Assembly: GCA_018304505.1 (NCBI GenBank)
Contig: JAGVWA010000016.1
Location: 1 to 15,052, forward strand
From: Nanobdellati archaeon
GTDB lineage: Archaea > B1Sed10-29 > JAGVWA01
Length of the DNA stretch: 15,052 nt
Direction: 5' to 3'
The notes beneath the pieces are model-generated. The model had not been told where the DNA came from, ran no database searches, and saw nothing but the letters and a program-made list of their open reading frames with translations. A program made the position numbers and the translations under genes. Below, in pieces: positions 14,813-15,052 of the stretch; the stretch's first letter is position 1; every line of letters begins with the position of its first letter.

Positions 14813-15052
14813 AGTGTATTTGCGCTAGCGCATCAAAAGCTGTTGGCGTGGCCATATAATACAATTTAACCTCATTTTATATACAAATATTTGCTTATTT
14901 TGAGTAAAAAGTAATCAATACACTTGTATTGCTTAACTTATACTCACGGGCCACTACACGAATTCAATTATGGAGTGCAGACTGGGTTGCTCTCATCATG
15001 ATTTTAATGGTCTAGAGCCCCAATTGCGGAATCGTTTCTAAAAAGCGTTACT

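Noticed and set aside
14605-14869. Plus-strand ORFs 14605-14814 and 14678-14869
   Set aside because: Antisense shadows of the Fic remnant with no protein-like motifs.
14813-14924. AGTGTATT...AATACACT inverted pair as a MITE interrupting the Fic gene
   Set aside because: Only 8 bp in AT-rich DNA, no clear target duplication, and removing it does not restore HPFxDG.
14944-14999. Possible C/D box sRNA on the - strand (ATGATGA...CTGC...TAATTGA...GTGA, 56 nt)
   Set aside because: Only the C box is canonical; D, D' and C' all deviate and I could not identify a target.

Overview
Archaeal genomic DNA. Bases 1-12947 are the conserved archaeal S10-spc ribosomal super-operon, all on the + strand and in canonical order: rpl22 (partial), rps3, rpl29, SUI1/aIF1, rnp1, rps17, rpl14, rpl24, rps4e, rpl5, rps14, rps8, rpl6, rpl32e, rpl19e, rpl18, rps5, rpl30, rpl15, secY, adk, DUF106 (EMC3/TMCO1-like), rpl34e, cmk, rpl14e, cbf5. 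The eS4/eL32/eL19/eL34/eL14/Rnp1 set makes the archaeal origin clear. The divergent proteins suggest a DPANN-like lineage, but that is inference only. After cbf5 come a 50-aa CPxCG zinc-finger microprotein ORF missing from the ORF track and an intron-containing tRNA-Ser(GGA). An AT-richer accessory stretch follows. It holds a gene with an N-terminal PEP-utilising phosphohistidine swivel domain fused to an unrecognised domain, flanked by two similar palindromes, and a truncated, frameshifted Fic-domain remnant on the - strand. Most of the window is housekeeping and no complete novel system can be demonstrated. The best leads are the microprotein, the swivel-domain fusion, the Fic remnant, spacer mini-ORFs that overlap flanking genes, and a 15-bp-period repeat between rpl30 and rpl15.
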